64,000 bases of DNA from the human T2T-CHM13v2.0 reference genome, Homo sapiens: NCBI RefSeq assembly GCF_009914755.1, contig NC_060947.1; one strand, given 5' to 3'. Under the pieces are notes generated by a model. It was not told where the DNA came from, searched no databases, and saw only the letters and a program-made list of their open reading frames with translations. Shown one piece after another: positions 27,887 through 40,512 of this stretch. The translations under genes and the position numbers were made by a program. How positions within the stretch are numbered: position 1 is the stretch's first letter; every line of letters begins with the position of its first letter.

Positions 27887-30800
27887 TTTTCCCCATCAAG
27901 AGTTCAAGACCCTAATTCTTTGGGGAAAATGAATGAAAGTAAGTCTTCTGTAACTGCTTCCTTTTTCCTTCTGACAGCGCGGGGCTGGTGGTGGTGGTTC
28001 TGTGGGTCTTGGACTCTTGCTACCTGTCAGGGCAGGGTGGCTCCATGGGTTAGTGAAAGTGGTATCTAGCTAGGTCCAAGGGAGTCAGGGGCAGAATTAT
28101 GCCTCTGTTGTGTCCCACTGATGGGTAGTCTAGGGTTTCTTTGTAAAAGGGTGACTCTTGAATATTGAGAGGATGATATCCCTCACTGAGGATCATTTGG
28201 AGCGTGATGGCGTGAAGGCAAGAGGAGACAAATCAGGTTATTTTTTAGAAGAATGTCAAACCAGAATAATAGGCTGCAGATAGCTCAAAAAAATCCTGAG
28301 GCTACCGACATGCTGCAGTAATGCCTGCTAAGAGTTAGGTGCATGGGGTTGCTAGCTGATTTCAATATGTGCCCAGAATTAGAGTGTTGATCCACATTTT
28401 TGCATTATCCAACCCTTTTGTTTCCTCTGAGCTGCAGGGAGAGATCACTAGTTGGTTCAGAGGAAAAAGCAGGGTTAGTCTACATTGCAGACAAAAACTC
28501 AGAAACAACTGATGAGTCTAGAGCCTAATAACACGTATACTATATTTTTTAAACATAATTTTTCTGTCTCCAGTCCTCATTTGTATTAAAAACAAATCAT
28601 GATAAGACTGACTTGTTTTGCAAAATAAGCTTTAGTTTTATTATACTTGGCTTGATTATTTGCATAAAGCACAGCAAGAATAATTATTTGCCATATAAGC
28701 TCCTTTTAAAATTGGCTTTGATGGAACTTTGTTCCATAAGAAATCTCAGATAAGACTTTTTAAAACCTTAAGCCCAGCCATAGGTGGGTGCCATCAAATA
28801 CCATATGAGTTGTGTAAATTCCTCTCCTCTTGAGATCCTAAGATAACTTGGGATCCCTGGGCCCGTCAGAAAGTGACATTCTTTACTTACCACAGGTTAG
28901 TAACCATGTACAGGGACTGTGTATACAGGGTATGAGGCCGGTTTTCACAAGAGACTTTTATTGGCTCTCTAAGTTACATTTGATTCCTTAAAAGAAAGTA
29001 TGCTGTTCCAGTCAAAGATTTGGTAAAATTACTAGTGGCTCTAATTTTGTCCCATTACAAAAGAAAACAGATTTTTATTGCACTTATAAAAATAACTGTA
29101 TTGTTATAAGTTAAGAATATTCACAAACAGTTTCCAAATTACTGAGAAACCAGGTAGAGAGGAACCAATATGCTCCAAATTTTATTTATAAGAGTATACT
29201 GTACTCAATTGTTAAAAGCTCTAAATAGCTCAAAAGAAATGTTTTCTTGACTCTGAAAAAAAGGATCAGCAACATTTTAAGCAAAAAGTCATTAAAGGAT
29301 TATTTCAGTCCTCTATTTGTTCACTGCATGCAGTCCTGCTCTGCTTGATATTCATGAACGTTTTAGCTCTCCATGAGAGTTCTGAAAGCGTTTTCCTCTA
29401 TTCTAATGTCACAATCTCCAAAGTTATCAGAAACCTGCTTTTGAGAGCAACCGTTAAAGTTCTATAGCTGATTATAAAACCACATTTTTAAGAGGATTAA
29501 AACAAGACAACAATTGTCTGTGGATAACAAAAAGTCTTAGGGCAGTGAGAGTCAAAGACAAAATTGAAAAGGAAATGTGTTACCTCTGTGGGACACAATA
29601 ATTTAACACAACATATACTAAGTTATATCAGAATTACAGAAGGTTTGCATAACTTTGAAACGCATACCAATAACACATTTATAGAAATACAGTCTAAAGA
29701 AAGCCAGATTTTACCTTTGCGTTAGTGTACTATTGATGTCAAACCCAGTTCTTAATAAAATCTTATAGACAAATCTATACAATCTTAATCAGTTTGACCA
29801 TAAGGTAGGATTCTTATAAAACTTTTATAACCCTTTACAATTTTCTGTCAAAGAGCAGAATTATCTCTTTTGTCTGATTCCCATATCTTATGATCTTTAA
29901 GGAGATGAGTAGCCTATTTTTTAAATAACTGCCACAAGGGGGCTGGACTTCCTTCCCTTTGAATATGAACTTGAAGGTCTTGATGCATACTGGGAAGGGG
30001 TTGGAAGTGATTAGAGAAATGGAGGCTACAGGAGGAAGTGGAAGGAAGTGAGAGGAATATTCATGGAAAGCCTTCAAATGCTTGAAAAAACAGCAGCCCT
30101 TGGATTCCAGAGGGTAAAGTTTATTTGCCCTCTTGACCTAATGGAGGGAAATTTGCAGTACTTGGGGCTTGAGGTAAGAACTTGCAAATGGCAAAGGAAG
30201 GATTTCTCCTCCTCCCAAAGGAGGGCTAACTCAAAAAAAGCAAATAGGTGAGTTCCTCAAAGGGCAACAGAGTGAGGCCCTATGCAGGCAGACAAACTGC
30301 TTCAAAAGCCACTGGAATACTTGGCCCTGTGGCATAACAGGAATGAAAAGTATATGGTAAGTCATAAACAGCTGGGACAGCTGGGGTTCCAATTAGTGTC
30401 TGTCCTGGCAATGTGCCAGAAGACAGGAGAAGGGTTGGAGGTCATCTGAGCTGGTAGGTTAAAAACAGGTATAAATCTCAGGGGATATCCACAGAGGAGC
30501 CCATGTTTTTGCTGCCAAGAAAACGTGGCAAGAGCTCTGGGTGCAAAAATAACAGGGAATGTGTGTTTAAGAAGTCACATGGCATGTGAAGTGTAACTAG
30601 AGAAAAGGCAGACTTGCCCCCAAGGTGTACATTCTGGCAGGTGCACAAGGCCATTTCAAAACACACACAGAGAGAACAGGAAAATAGGCAGCGTGGGTTC
30701 TTTGGAAAGAGCCGATTTTAGTTGAACAAGCTGAAGAAACCCCAGACATTGCACAGTTTTAGGCTTTCGCTCTGCCACTCTCATGAGCGTCCTGTCCAGG

Positions 30801-31146
30801 AGGGCCATTAATGTTTCAGTTCTAATCAGTGTGGACCCCAGGATCCTTCCCACCACCCCTGAAAGCCACACATCAGGGTGAGCTGAGATCAGCCAGGGGG
30901 AGCAGAGCCATTTGTGGCTGAGAGGAATCATTCTAGTGGTTGGTTAGTAGGCAGGAGAGTGAATAGGGAGAAGAAAACTGCATATGGGGGTTGAACACCT
31001 CTAGCCAAAGAATGAAAAGTATAGAGGTTACATGCCTCTATAAAGTGAAGTGGAGAGGTGTCTTACCACTGGGAAATGTATCCAAGTCACATGACACCAA
31101 AGTATGTTAGCAGCAGATTATATCCCAGTCGCATGGCATCAACGTA
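27887..31146 (-). mobile_element. Non-autonomous ERV1 internal region (MER50/MER4-group-like) with tRNA-His-like PBS
   Basis: Lies between two same-orientation LTRs; PBS-like TGGTGTCATGTGACTTGGAT (minus strand of 31080-31099); no long gag/pol/env ORF. Confidence 0.7.
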
Positions 31147-31740
31147 TGCTACTGGTGGTGAATCCATGTGGGTCTGCAGAACAAAGAATTGAGAGGCATA
31201 AGGCAGAAGGAGAGACTGAGGCAAATTTTAGAGCAGCAATGAAAGTTTATTAAAAAGCTTTAGCACAGGAACAAAAGGAATTAATGTACACTTGGAAGAG
31301 GGCCAAGCAGGCAACTTGAGAGATCAAGTACAGGGTTTGACTTTTGACTTGGGGTTTTATATGTTGGCATACTTCTGAGGTCTTGTGACCCTTCTCCCAT
31401 GACTCTTCCCTTAGGGTGGGCTCTCTGCATGTGCAGTGGCCTTTTAGCACTCGGGAGGGGCTGCATGTGCAGTGGAATCCTATGCATGCTCACTTGAGCC
31501 ATTTCTTCCCTTACCAGCCAAATGTTACTAGAAGGTCATATACCAGTTAGACTCCACCATTTTGCCTTATAATGTGTATGCTTGAGCCCACTCACTCAAC
31601 TTCTGAGAGACAGGAGAGACAGTATTTCAGAGAAACAGTTAACAACCAACTGACCATCACCTGATGGTCGCCTGACATTCCTGGAGGGCTGGGGGGTCTC
31701 TACTGCCCTGCTCATGTCTGTCTACCTACCTACTCCAATA
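31147..31740 (-). mobile_element. MER50-type 5' LTR (internally deleted)
   Basis: Collinear with the 26881-27886 LTR; ends in ctacctactccaata. Confidence 0.8.
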
Positions 31741-32345
31741 ATAGGTAGTCTCTAAAACAATAATTGGTCACAGCCAGCACCAGGGAAAGGCAGTCTCCCA
31801 ATAGATAGAAAAACCCAAAACTGATGATCAGCAGCTTCCCAATAAGATCTCAGGAGTTGGGCATGTGGGCTCAAGCATGTGCACTAAGAGGCAAAATAGT
31901 AGTGTCTAACTGGCATATGACCTTCCAGGAACATTTGGTTGGTAAGGGAAGAATGCCTCAAGTGAGCATGCGTATAACTCTAGTAAACATACTGCATGTG
32001 CTCCCTTCCCAACCGCTAGTAGGCCACTGCACATGCGGGCAGCCCAGCCCATGGGAAGAATCAGGGGATAAGGGACACAAGGCCCCAGAAGTATGCCAAC
32101 ATATAAAACCCTAAGTCAAAGGTCAAACCGTGTGCTTTATCTTTCAAGTTGCCCACTTGGCCATCTTCCAGGTGTACTTTACTTTCTTTCATTCTCACGT
32201 TAAAGCTTTATAATAAACTTTCCCTCCTGTTCTAAAACTTGCCTCAGTCTCTCCTTCTGCCTTATTTCCCTCAGTCAAATTATTTCTTCTGAGGAGGCAA
32301 GAATTGAGGTTGTTGCAGACCCACATGTATTTGCCACTGGTAACA
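31741..32345 (+). mobile_element. Third MER50-type LTR, inverted
   Basis: Reverse complement of the adjacent LTR; TATAAAA at about 32102, AATAAA at 32212-32217, ends in ...ggtaaca. Confidence 0.8.
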
Positions 32346-32449
32346 ACTCCGGCTTGGTTTCATCTAAATAAATACTTGTGATTAAGAAAGGCATTTGTAG
32401 AATCTTCATCTAGAGCAAGCAGAGTTTAAATTTGTAAGAATCTTCTTAC

Positions 32450-32507
32450 CTCAGAGCCAATATTGTTTTTTCTCTCCCTTTTAAGTTCATAGGCTTTTTT
32501 GGTACCC
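32450..32507 (-). other. Candidate 58-nt upstream exon of SATL1
   Basis: Long pyrimidine tract (minus strand of 32521-32560), ...tcttacAG acceptor, and GAG|GTAAGA donor at 32449-32444. Confidence 0.45.
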
Positions 32508-33255
32508 CTGTAAGATTCAAACAGGAAGGAAGAGAGAGAGAAAGGGAGAGAAAAGGAAAGGTTAGGGGAAGGAGACCTTAAAGCAAGGAGCCAGACTGGA
32601 ACAGAGCTGACAAGTGGGATAGGTTCTGAAATAAGAACTTGAAGTGCTTTAGAGATATTCATCCATAAGCAACAATTACTTTTTAAAGTAATATTTACTG
32701 TATTATATTTTATTAAAGAATGCATGTTCATTGTAGAAAATATCTATGACAGGTAGACAGAAAATTACCTCTAGAGTTTGTTGTAATTGGAAAAAAGCAC
32801 ACTCAAGAATTTGAATTTTCTTCTTTTCCAGATATCATCAGCAAATTTTCAATTAAGGGAAAATCTCTCTCTTTGTTTTTGCTGTCTCTTTGCTTAGCTA
32901 AGGGTGGAGATCAGGGACAAAAGACTTTTTTTGTTTATAAAAGTTATCCAGCAGTAACCTTTTGTGAAACGCAAGATGGATCTGGGGGCTAGTCTGGGAT
33001 AGGGGCTGATAATGAAACTGTTTTGCAAATAAAAAAAGAACTTAGCTTTTTTTTTTTTTTTTCCAGAGTGCAGTCTAGAGAAAGAGGCTGAGAAGAGGGG
33101 TTAAATGTAAGGTCAGAGCTCTTGGCATGAGGAGCAGAACCTGGCAAAACGGGTAGTAGGCTGAGGCCTAGGGCACAAAACAGCCAGTAAAAGGTTATCT
33201 TTAAGATGTCAATATTCAGTTTTAAATGTTTTCCTATTTGGTGCTATCTGGAAAT

Positions 33256-34306
33256 ATGTCTACCTTTTCCCCAATACTTTAGTTAAAGTTGCTTACCACA
33301 CACCAGTCTTGTATTTGCGGTAGTGCATTTGGGGGCATGAAAGTGAAGGGATGAGGAGCCTGGACTGAGTCATGAACAGGTTTATAAGAAGAAGGTAACC
33401 CTGGAGAAGGAAGGCTGAGTAAAGAGAATAAATCTTGTTACCTGGGATGGAAACTCAAGACATTTTGTTATTACAAAAATAAGTGACTCCAGAAGATTGG
33501 AAGACATTTAGGTCACTTACAAAACACATAAAATAGAAATGAAAAATTGCTTAGAATCCTATCTGGAGATAACCACTAGTTACATTTCAGTGACTATCCT
33601 TCTACTCTTTTCTTTTTAAATACATAGAATGAATTTTTAAATAAAATTGAAGTCATAGTTGCTTTTTTTCACTGAAAAATATATTGTATTCTTGAAAATC
33701 ACTGGGAGTAGATTTTAAGTGTTCTTATCACAAAAATGATAAGTATCTGAGGTAATACATATGTTAATTAGCTTGATTTAGCCATTTCACAATGGATACA
33801 TACTTCAACACAGCATGTTGTACACGATAAATATATACAAGTTTTGTCAACTAAAGTTAATTAAATACATTTTTATAAGCAAACAAATATTGGCATATAT
33901 ATATCATTAGTCTTCCACAGATCCATAGCATTACATATAATATTTCAAAAAATTATTATCATTCAACAAATACTTATTAAACATTAAGTATGTGCCAAGC
34001 TGTTTGAGGCAATGCCAAACATTAATCAAGTGCCAGGTACTATGGCAAATGCTTTTTATACATAATCCCATTTATTCATCACAATGAGTTAGGCATAAGG
34101 ACCCCAATTTCACAGATAAATAAACTGAGGCTTAGAGAAGCTACAGTCCCTGGGTTCAGCTCCTGTCACTGTTGTCCTCTTTCAGCACCTCTGCTCACAT
34201 GTGATCCTCATCCCTTCACTTTCATGCCCCCAAATGCACTACCGCAAATACAAGACTGGTGTGTGGTAAGCAACTTTAACTAAAGTATTGCGGAAAAAGT
34301 AGACAT
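33256..34306. repeat. 102-bp inverted repeat pair (33256-33357 and 34205-34306)
   Basis: Manual reverse complement gives 100/102 identical, including an 86-bp perfect run; spacer 847 bp. Confidence 0.95.
33690..33870 (+). mobile_element. L1MA-type 3' end fragment
   Basis: cttgaaaatcactgggagtagattttaagtgttctt...ttagcttgatttagccatt. Confidence 0.7.
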
Positions 34307-36254
34307 CATGTGCCCACGATTATAAACCTTTAAAATGATTGAGCCAGGTTCCAGATTCAGAGCTAGTATGACTCCAGAGCCCACTGCTCTCCATCAGATG
34401 CTGTCACTTCACCGCTTAAGTATATGTTTTCATTTATTTAACCAATCTCATATTTGATGTGCATTTTAATTGTTTCCCATTTTGTGGCATTAAACAATGT
34501 TCCAGGAAACATATTTGTATAATACATTTTAAAATAAATATCGCTTTAAATATTTCTTGGAAACTCTGGAGGCTTTTTGTAAAAATATCAGTTGACAATG
34601 CCTAGAAAAAGGCCCTATTTAAGATGCTTAAATACCTTGCATTTGATATGTAAGTCAGGGAATGCCAAGTTAGAGCCTACTTTTTATGTTAAAAAAATCT
34701 GGTTTTACTTTAGCTCCTCAAATACTTTAAGGAGAATCAGAGGAAATTGGTGGAGAAAAACTATCCTTAAGAGGGATTTTGGATACCATTAGTAACAATT
34801 AATGATACTTAAAATATCTAGGTATTTTTATTTTAATAACCAAGAATAAAATGAAGTTTAGTGTCTTCTTAAATTAAGCGAATAAAAGGCTAAAATAAAA
34901 AAATGTTCAAGTACTAGAATAGGATAATTCAGCATATATTTATGAAGTAACTTGTTCTCACTTTGAGTCTTAATTATGAAGAACTTTAATTTAAATCCCG
35001 CTTTTTCTCCTTCAAATAGTCCTCCTTTTAAACTGCCTAGTAACCCAACAAAATATTACTGTAATCTTGTTGTTTTAGTCTCTTCAAATATCCCTGTTCC
35101 TGTGCTAGTACTTTGAGAAAGCTTGTCTCTCCACAGTATGGTTGAGGTGAAATGGGGCAGATACTACAGCTGTGACCCCAGAGAAATTTTTATATTCCCT
35201 TTATTTGTACTCACAAATCTTACTAACCTTTGACTATTTACTTACTGTCTTTCTGGAATGTCCCCGGTTTAGAAGGAAATCCCAGCTCCAAAAGAGGAAA
35301 AATACCAGTCTTTCTGTACTTCCAATGAAGAAGTGATATTTGTGGAAAAATTGAGAGGTAAATTTAAAAACTGTTCAGAGGAACGTAATTTTGGGATGAA
35401 AGGGACCAAAAAGAGCTAACAAGTTTGATGAAATTGAGAAATTGGTTTACTTTGGGATTATTGGGAAACATCCAACATAGCAGGAAACAAAGTTAGAGGA
35501 ACTGCATTTCCAGAAATTGAGTTTATGTTAATGGTGGTTGATGAGAGAATCCTGCTTCATTTAAACTTTGGAACTTGAAAAATCATAGCCATAAACTATC
35601 TTATGTAATATCTTGAAACATTATCAAAAAGGTTTTTACAAGAAATATTGTGCTTAGTTAATAAGTACTCATTAGATGCTAGTGATTTAGCAACGTATAC
35701 TTGAAGACATTTCTTTTCATCTATGAGCCTTTCTATTACAAAAAATATTTAGAGTTGTCTGTCATAGCAAGGCGTGAAAGACAAATGGGGTCCTGCTTAA
35801 ATTGACCTGAGACCTTTTGAATCATCACCTATGGTGATGATACTCCCAACATTGTAATGGCCTTCAGTTGGCTGGAGTATATAAAATCTTGGAGGATAAT
35901 CTCAGAATACAAGATGCCGTCAAATATGGAAAGAGGTAGTAGAAGAACAATGAACTGGGCAAAAGCAAAATAAAAAGCAAAACATAACAAACATAAAAAA
36001 TTGTAAAGAATTAGCTCTGTGCTTCTTAGTAACTTTGAGACCTTAAGAACCTTAACCTCCATGAGCTCAGATGTTTTATCTGTAAAATGGAAATGATAAC
36101 ACTTGCCCAACCTACCTCATAGATTTTTTGTGGGGATCCATTCAGATGAAAAAATGTATAAGAAAGTGCAAATGTAAGGGATTGTTATATGATTTATTTT
36201 ATTTTTATTTTTTGTGGGTACACAGTAGATGAATTATTATATTTAGAGAGAGAA

Positions 36255-36487
36255 TAATATGTATATATAAATATATGTATGTATATAAATATATAAATAT
36301 ATACTATATAAAAATATATGTATGTATATAAATATATAAATATATACTATATATAAATATATATATTTCTTGTTATTAGCTATTTCTTGTTAGTATATAG
36401 TATATATATAAATATATATGCTATATTTATATAGTATATCTATTTCTTGTTAGTATATAGTATATATACTAACAAGAAATAGCTAAT
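36255..36487. repeat. TA-rich low-complexity tract with perfect hairpins
   Basis: 20-bp arms 36440-36459 and 36463-36482 with a 3-nt loop. Confidence 0.85.
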
Positions 36488-36679
36488 GGACCAAGAATAT
36501 GACAGAAAATGATTGAATGGTCCTTCTTAATCTTCTTGACCTCCTTCTCCTCCACACCTCCCTTAAGTCTTATTGATCCCTATGGTACCAGTGTTGGTTA
36601 CCATCTTGAACTATCCTCTTCATGGGGGGTGTCTTGTCGACCACTCTCCTGCCCCCTACCCACCTTAAATTCTATGTGG

Positions 36680-36995
36680 GGGTGGGGAATGGGGAGTTGT
36701 TTAAAGGGTAAAAAGTTTTGGTTAGACAGGAGGAATAAGTTCTGGTGATCTAATGTACAGCATACTAACTATAAATAATAATAATGTATAATATACTTGA
36801 AAATTGCTAAGAGAGTAGATTTTAAATGTCCTCACCACAAAAAATAAGAAGGATATAAGATGCTGGATATGTTAATTAGCATGATTTAATCATTCCAATG
36901 TATACATATATCAGAACATCGTGTTGTACACCATAGATACATACAAATTGTCATTTGTCAGTTTAAAAATAACTAAATAGGTAAAAAAAAAAAAA
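36680..36995 (+). mobile_element. L1MA-type 3' end fragment
   Basis: gttagacaggaggaataagttctggtgatcta...; poly-A at 36983-36995. Confidence 0.75.
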
Positions 36996-37244
36996 CCCTC
37001 AACTCTTTAGACATATTGAACTTCTTTCACTTTCTTAGTGCAGGCATTCTCTCTCGCTCTCATATTCAGGCAAGTCTTTCTTCTTGTTATGCTCTTATTT
37101 ACCTCCCAACCCCCAACTTTCAACTGTCTAGTTAATTCTTACTCATTGTTCATCTCAATTTAGATGTAACTTTTTGCAGACGTCTTCCCTGACATCCTTT
37201 AAACAAAGCTGCCCACCATACACTTTCCTTTGCACCCTTGTTCT

Positions 37245-37410
37245 TCTATAAACTGCCAAAAGAAAACATCCAAATTAGAACCACCTATGGAGCTTATTAA
37301 AATGTAGATTCCTGGGATCCACCCTCCAGGTATTCTGATTCAATGGATTTGGTGTAGGGCCAGTCTGCAAATTTAACATGCATCCCAACACTCTGAAGTT
37401 TAAGAATCAC
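37245..37410. mobile_element. MER5A-type hAT element
   Basis: ttagaaccacctatggagcttattaaaatgtagattcctggg. Confidence 0.6.
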
Positions 37411-37611
37411 ATTCTGTCATACTACTTATCACCATGAGTTAAAATTGTATACTTCTGTCTTCCCTCTAACCTATAATGAGAGCTGGGACCCTGCCTGTGT
37501 TGCTTACCACTGTATTCCCAGAGCCTGGCATATTGTAAGCACTCGATTCATATTGGAACAAATAAATAAGTGTACAAAAAAAAAGAAAAGAAGAAGAAAT
37601 AAACTTTTCTT

Positions 37612-38620
37612 TTTCCTTACAACTTTTATTTTAGGTTTGTGGGAGTACCTGTGCAGGTTTGTTACATGGGTAAGCTGTATGTTCAGGAGTTGGGTGTACA
37701 AACTATTTTGTCACCCAGGTGATAAGCATAGTACTTGATAGGTAGTTTTTTAATCCTCACCCACTCCCCACACTTTGCCCTCAAGTAGGCCCCAGTGTCT
37801 ATTGTTTTCTTGTTTGTGCTTGTTTGTATTCAATGTTTAGCCCCCACTGATAAGTGAGAACATGAGGTATTTGGTTTTCTGTTCCTGCATTAATTTGCTT
37901 AGGATAATGGCCTCCAGCTACATCCATGTTGCTGTAGAGGGCATGATTCCATTGTTTTTTATGACTGCACAGAATTCTGTGATGCGTATATATCACATTT
38001 TCTTTATCCAGTCCACCATTGATGGGCATTTAGGTTGATTCCATGCCTTTGCTATTGTGAATAGTGCTACAATGAACATATGTGTGCACATGTCTTTATA
38101 GTAGAATAATTTATATTATTATTTTTTGGGTATATACCCAATAATGGGATTGCTGGATCAAATAGAAATTCTGTTTTAAAATCTTTGAGAAATCTCAAAA
38201 CTGCTTTCTACAGTGGCTAAGCTAACTTACATTCCCACCAGGAATGTGTGTTTCCTTTCCCCCACAACCTCACCAGTGTCTGTTATTTTTTGATTTTTTA
38301 ATTATAGCCATTCTGACTGGTGTGAGATGGTATCTCATTTTGGTTTTGATTTGTATTTTTCTAATGATCAGTGATATCAAGCATGTTTTCATATGCTTGT
38401 TGCCCATATGTATGTCTTCTTTTGAAAAGTGTCTGTTCATGTCCTTTGCCCACTTTTTAACGGGGGTGTTGTTTGTTTTTTAGTTGTTAATTTGTTTAAG
38501 TTCCTTATGGATTCTGGATGTTAGACCTTTGCTGGATGCATAGTTTGCAAATATTTTCTCCCATTCTGTAGGTTGTCTGTTTACTCTGTTGATAATTTCT
38601 TTTGCTGTGCAGAAACTCTT
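37612..38620 (-). mobile_element. 5'-truncated older primate L1 (L1PA-late/L1PB)
   Basis: L1 3'UTR and ORF2 C-terminal sequence in reverse. Confidence 0.85.
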
Positions 38621-39529
38621 TAAGAAACAGTCTTCTAAAGTTGGAAGGACCACATGAACTCTGCATGACCCTTTGAACCCTGAATATCAATGATTACAAA
38701 GAAACATCCTCTAAGAACACAAACACTAAACGAAAACATTTACCTACTCCTGGTTTCCCTGTCATAGTAATTGCCAACTATGATTTCATATCAGTCTTTT
38801 AATAAAAACAGCTGATGATTTTTCAGAAACAATAAAAGCATGGACACAACACAGCAAACTGTTAACTCTGGTTACCACTGAAGAGTAGGATGGTGGGAGG
38901 GTAAATGATTTGGGGTTTTACTTTATATACTTCTGTATTTTTTAAGTTGGAAGTATATATTACATTAAATTTTTTTAATTATGAAAAATAAAATAATTGT
39001 TTTAAAAAGTCAAGGACTGTGTTATTGACTCCATGATTTATAAATATGCTAGCCTACAAAATACATTTGGATAGTTGTTTACAATCCAACTTTGTGATAA
39101 TTAGATATTAGAAATTGATGTGGAGCTATTTAGCTTTGAATATTTGCTTCATTCCTTTGTTTTGTCACTTTTTAATATTACCCCCAGGCATATCTTTTAC
39201 ATTATAGATTCAATGGAGAAGTTACATTAAGCAGATATTGAAACTATGGAGTAGAGTGAAGAGCATTAGCTTTGAAGTCAAACAGTCCTCAGTTTGAATT
39301 CTGGCATTGCTGTTTAATAATTCTGTGACATTAGAAATGTTACTTAATCTTTCTGAATTTCAGTTTCCTCATCTTTAAAATGATGGTAATAATACCTTCC
39401 TCACAGAACTATTGTGAAGAATAAATGTGAGTTTACATATAAAGTGTTTAGCATGGAGCTAGGTGATCAATAAATGCTAGCTTTCCTCTCCATTTTGTTC
39501 ATTAAACAAATATGTACTTAGCACCCATA

Positions 39530-40150
39530 TGTTGTGAAGCAGGTTCACTAATAAGTAACCCTAAGAGAAGACTCCCACTGTGTGGAGGGTAGCAAAGATC
39601 ATCACTATGCCAACCATAAGGAATAGGGGTCCAAATCTTTCTGCCCACTGCATTTTGGGCTGCAGCTTTATTTATTGCCTGAGTTCAATGAGAGAACACA
39701 CATAAAACAAGTTATATGAAGCAGATTTATTACTTATAGATAGTAAGCAAGGGACAAGAGAAGTCTTTGGATCCATTGTGAGCTGGTGCCCCAAGGCTCA
39801 ATAAATCTACCCAGGGTGGATGGAGTCTTGACTGCACGTGCCCCATTTGTACCACAGCTGAGGGACCCCTAAAGGATGTCTACTCTGGGTTTTATACCTC
39901 AGGAGTAATATGAATCATTGAGAAAGGTTTTTAAGGACACTGCTTCCAGAGGTGAAAGGAACCAAAGCCAGACTGTCCCGGGCAGTTTCTCTCTCACTCA
40001 AGGAGAGACAGGAATAAGACCCAGGCTGTTTCAGGCAGTTCTTCCTTATCTTAGGATATTGCATACCCAGGGTACTTTATAGTTATTTTGAGAACTATAG
40101 GCAAGAAAAAGAATAGACTGGGTTGGCCAAGGCTACCCAGGGACCATTCA
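39530..40150. mobile_element. Old LTR remnant (MER76-like, tentative)
   Basis: tgaagcaggttcac...gaagcagatttattactta motifs; family name from memory. Confidence 0.4.
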
Positions 40151-40478
40151 GCTCATGCCAGACATCATTTTATGCATTGGAGATACATGGTACACAGACA
40201 TTAAATTATATATACCTATCTATTTAGTGAAAAAGTACAATAAGTACCATGAAGAGGAACCACAGGATGGTATGAGAGAGTATAACAAAGATATCTAATT
40301 GATTTTTGTTTTAGTTTTAACGTGGAAATGTGGGTACCTTCCTTGGGAAGTGACAATTACACTGAGTAGTACTGGGCCAGGCAAAATGTGCAATCAAAAG
40401 CAAAAAGAACACTGTATTGCTTTAATCTTAAGTATGTCCTTTTTTTTCTTCCACTTGAAGGTAAAAACACATAGGAAA

Positions 40479-40479
40479 G

Positions 40480-40506
<27 letters not shown>
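40479..40506. repeat. (GT)n microsatellite
   Basis: About 14 GT units. Confidence 0.9.

Positions 40507-40512
<6 letters not shown>

Noticed and set aside
27887-31146. Domesticated retroviral gene (env/gag)
   Set aside because: No ORF over about 90 aa and no recognisable retroviral protein motif.
35821-35841. Short hairpin ATCATCACC-tat-GGTGATGAT
   Set aside because: A 9-bp stem is plausible by chance in 64 kb and has no supporting context.
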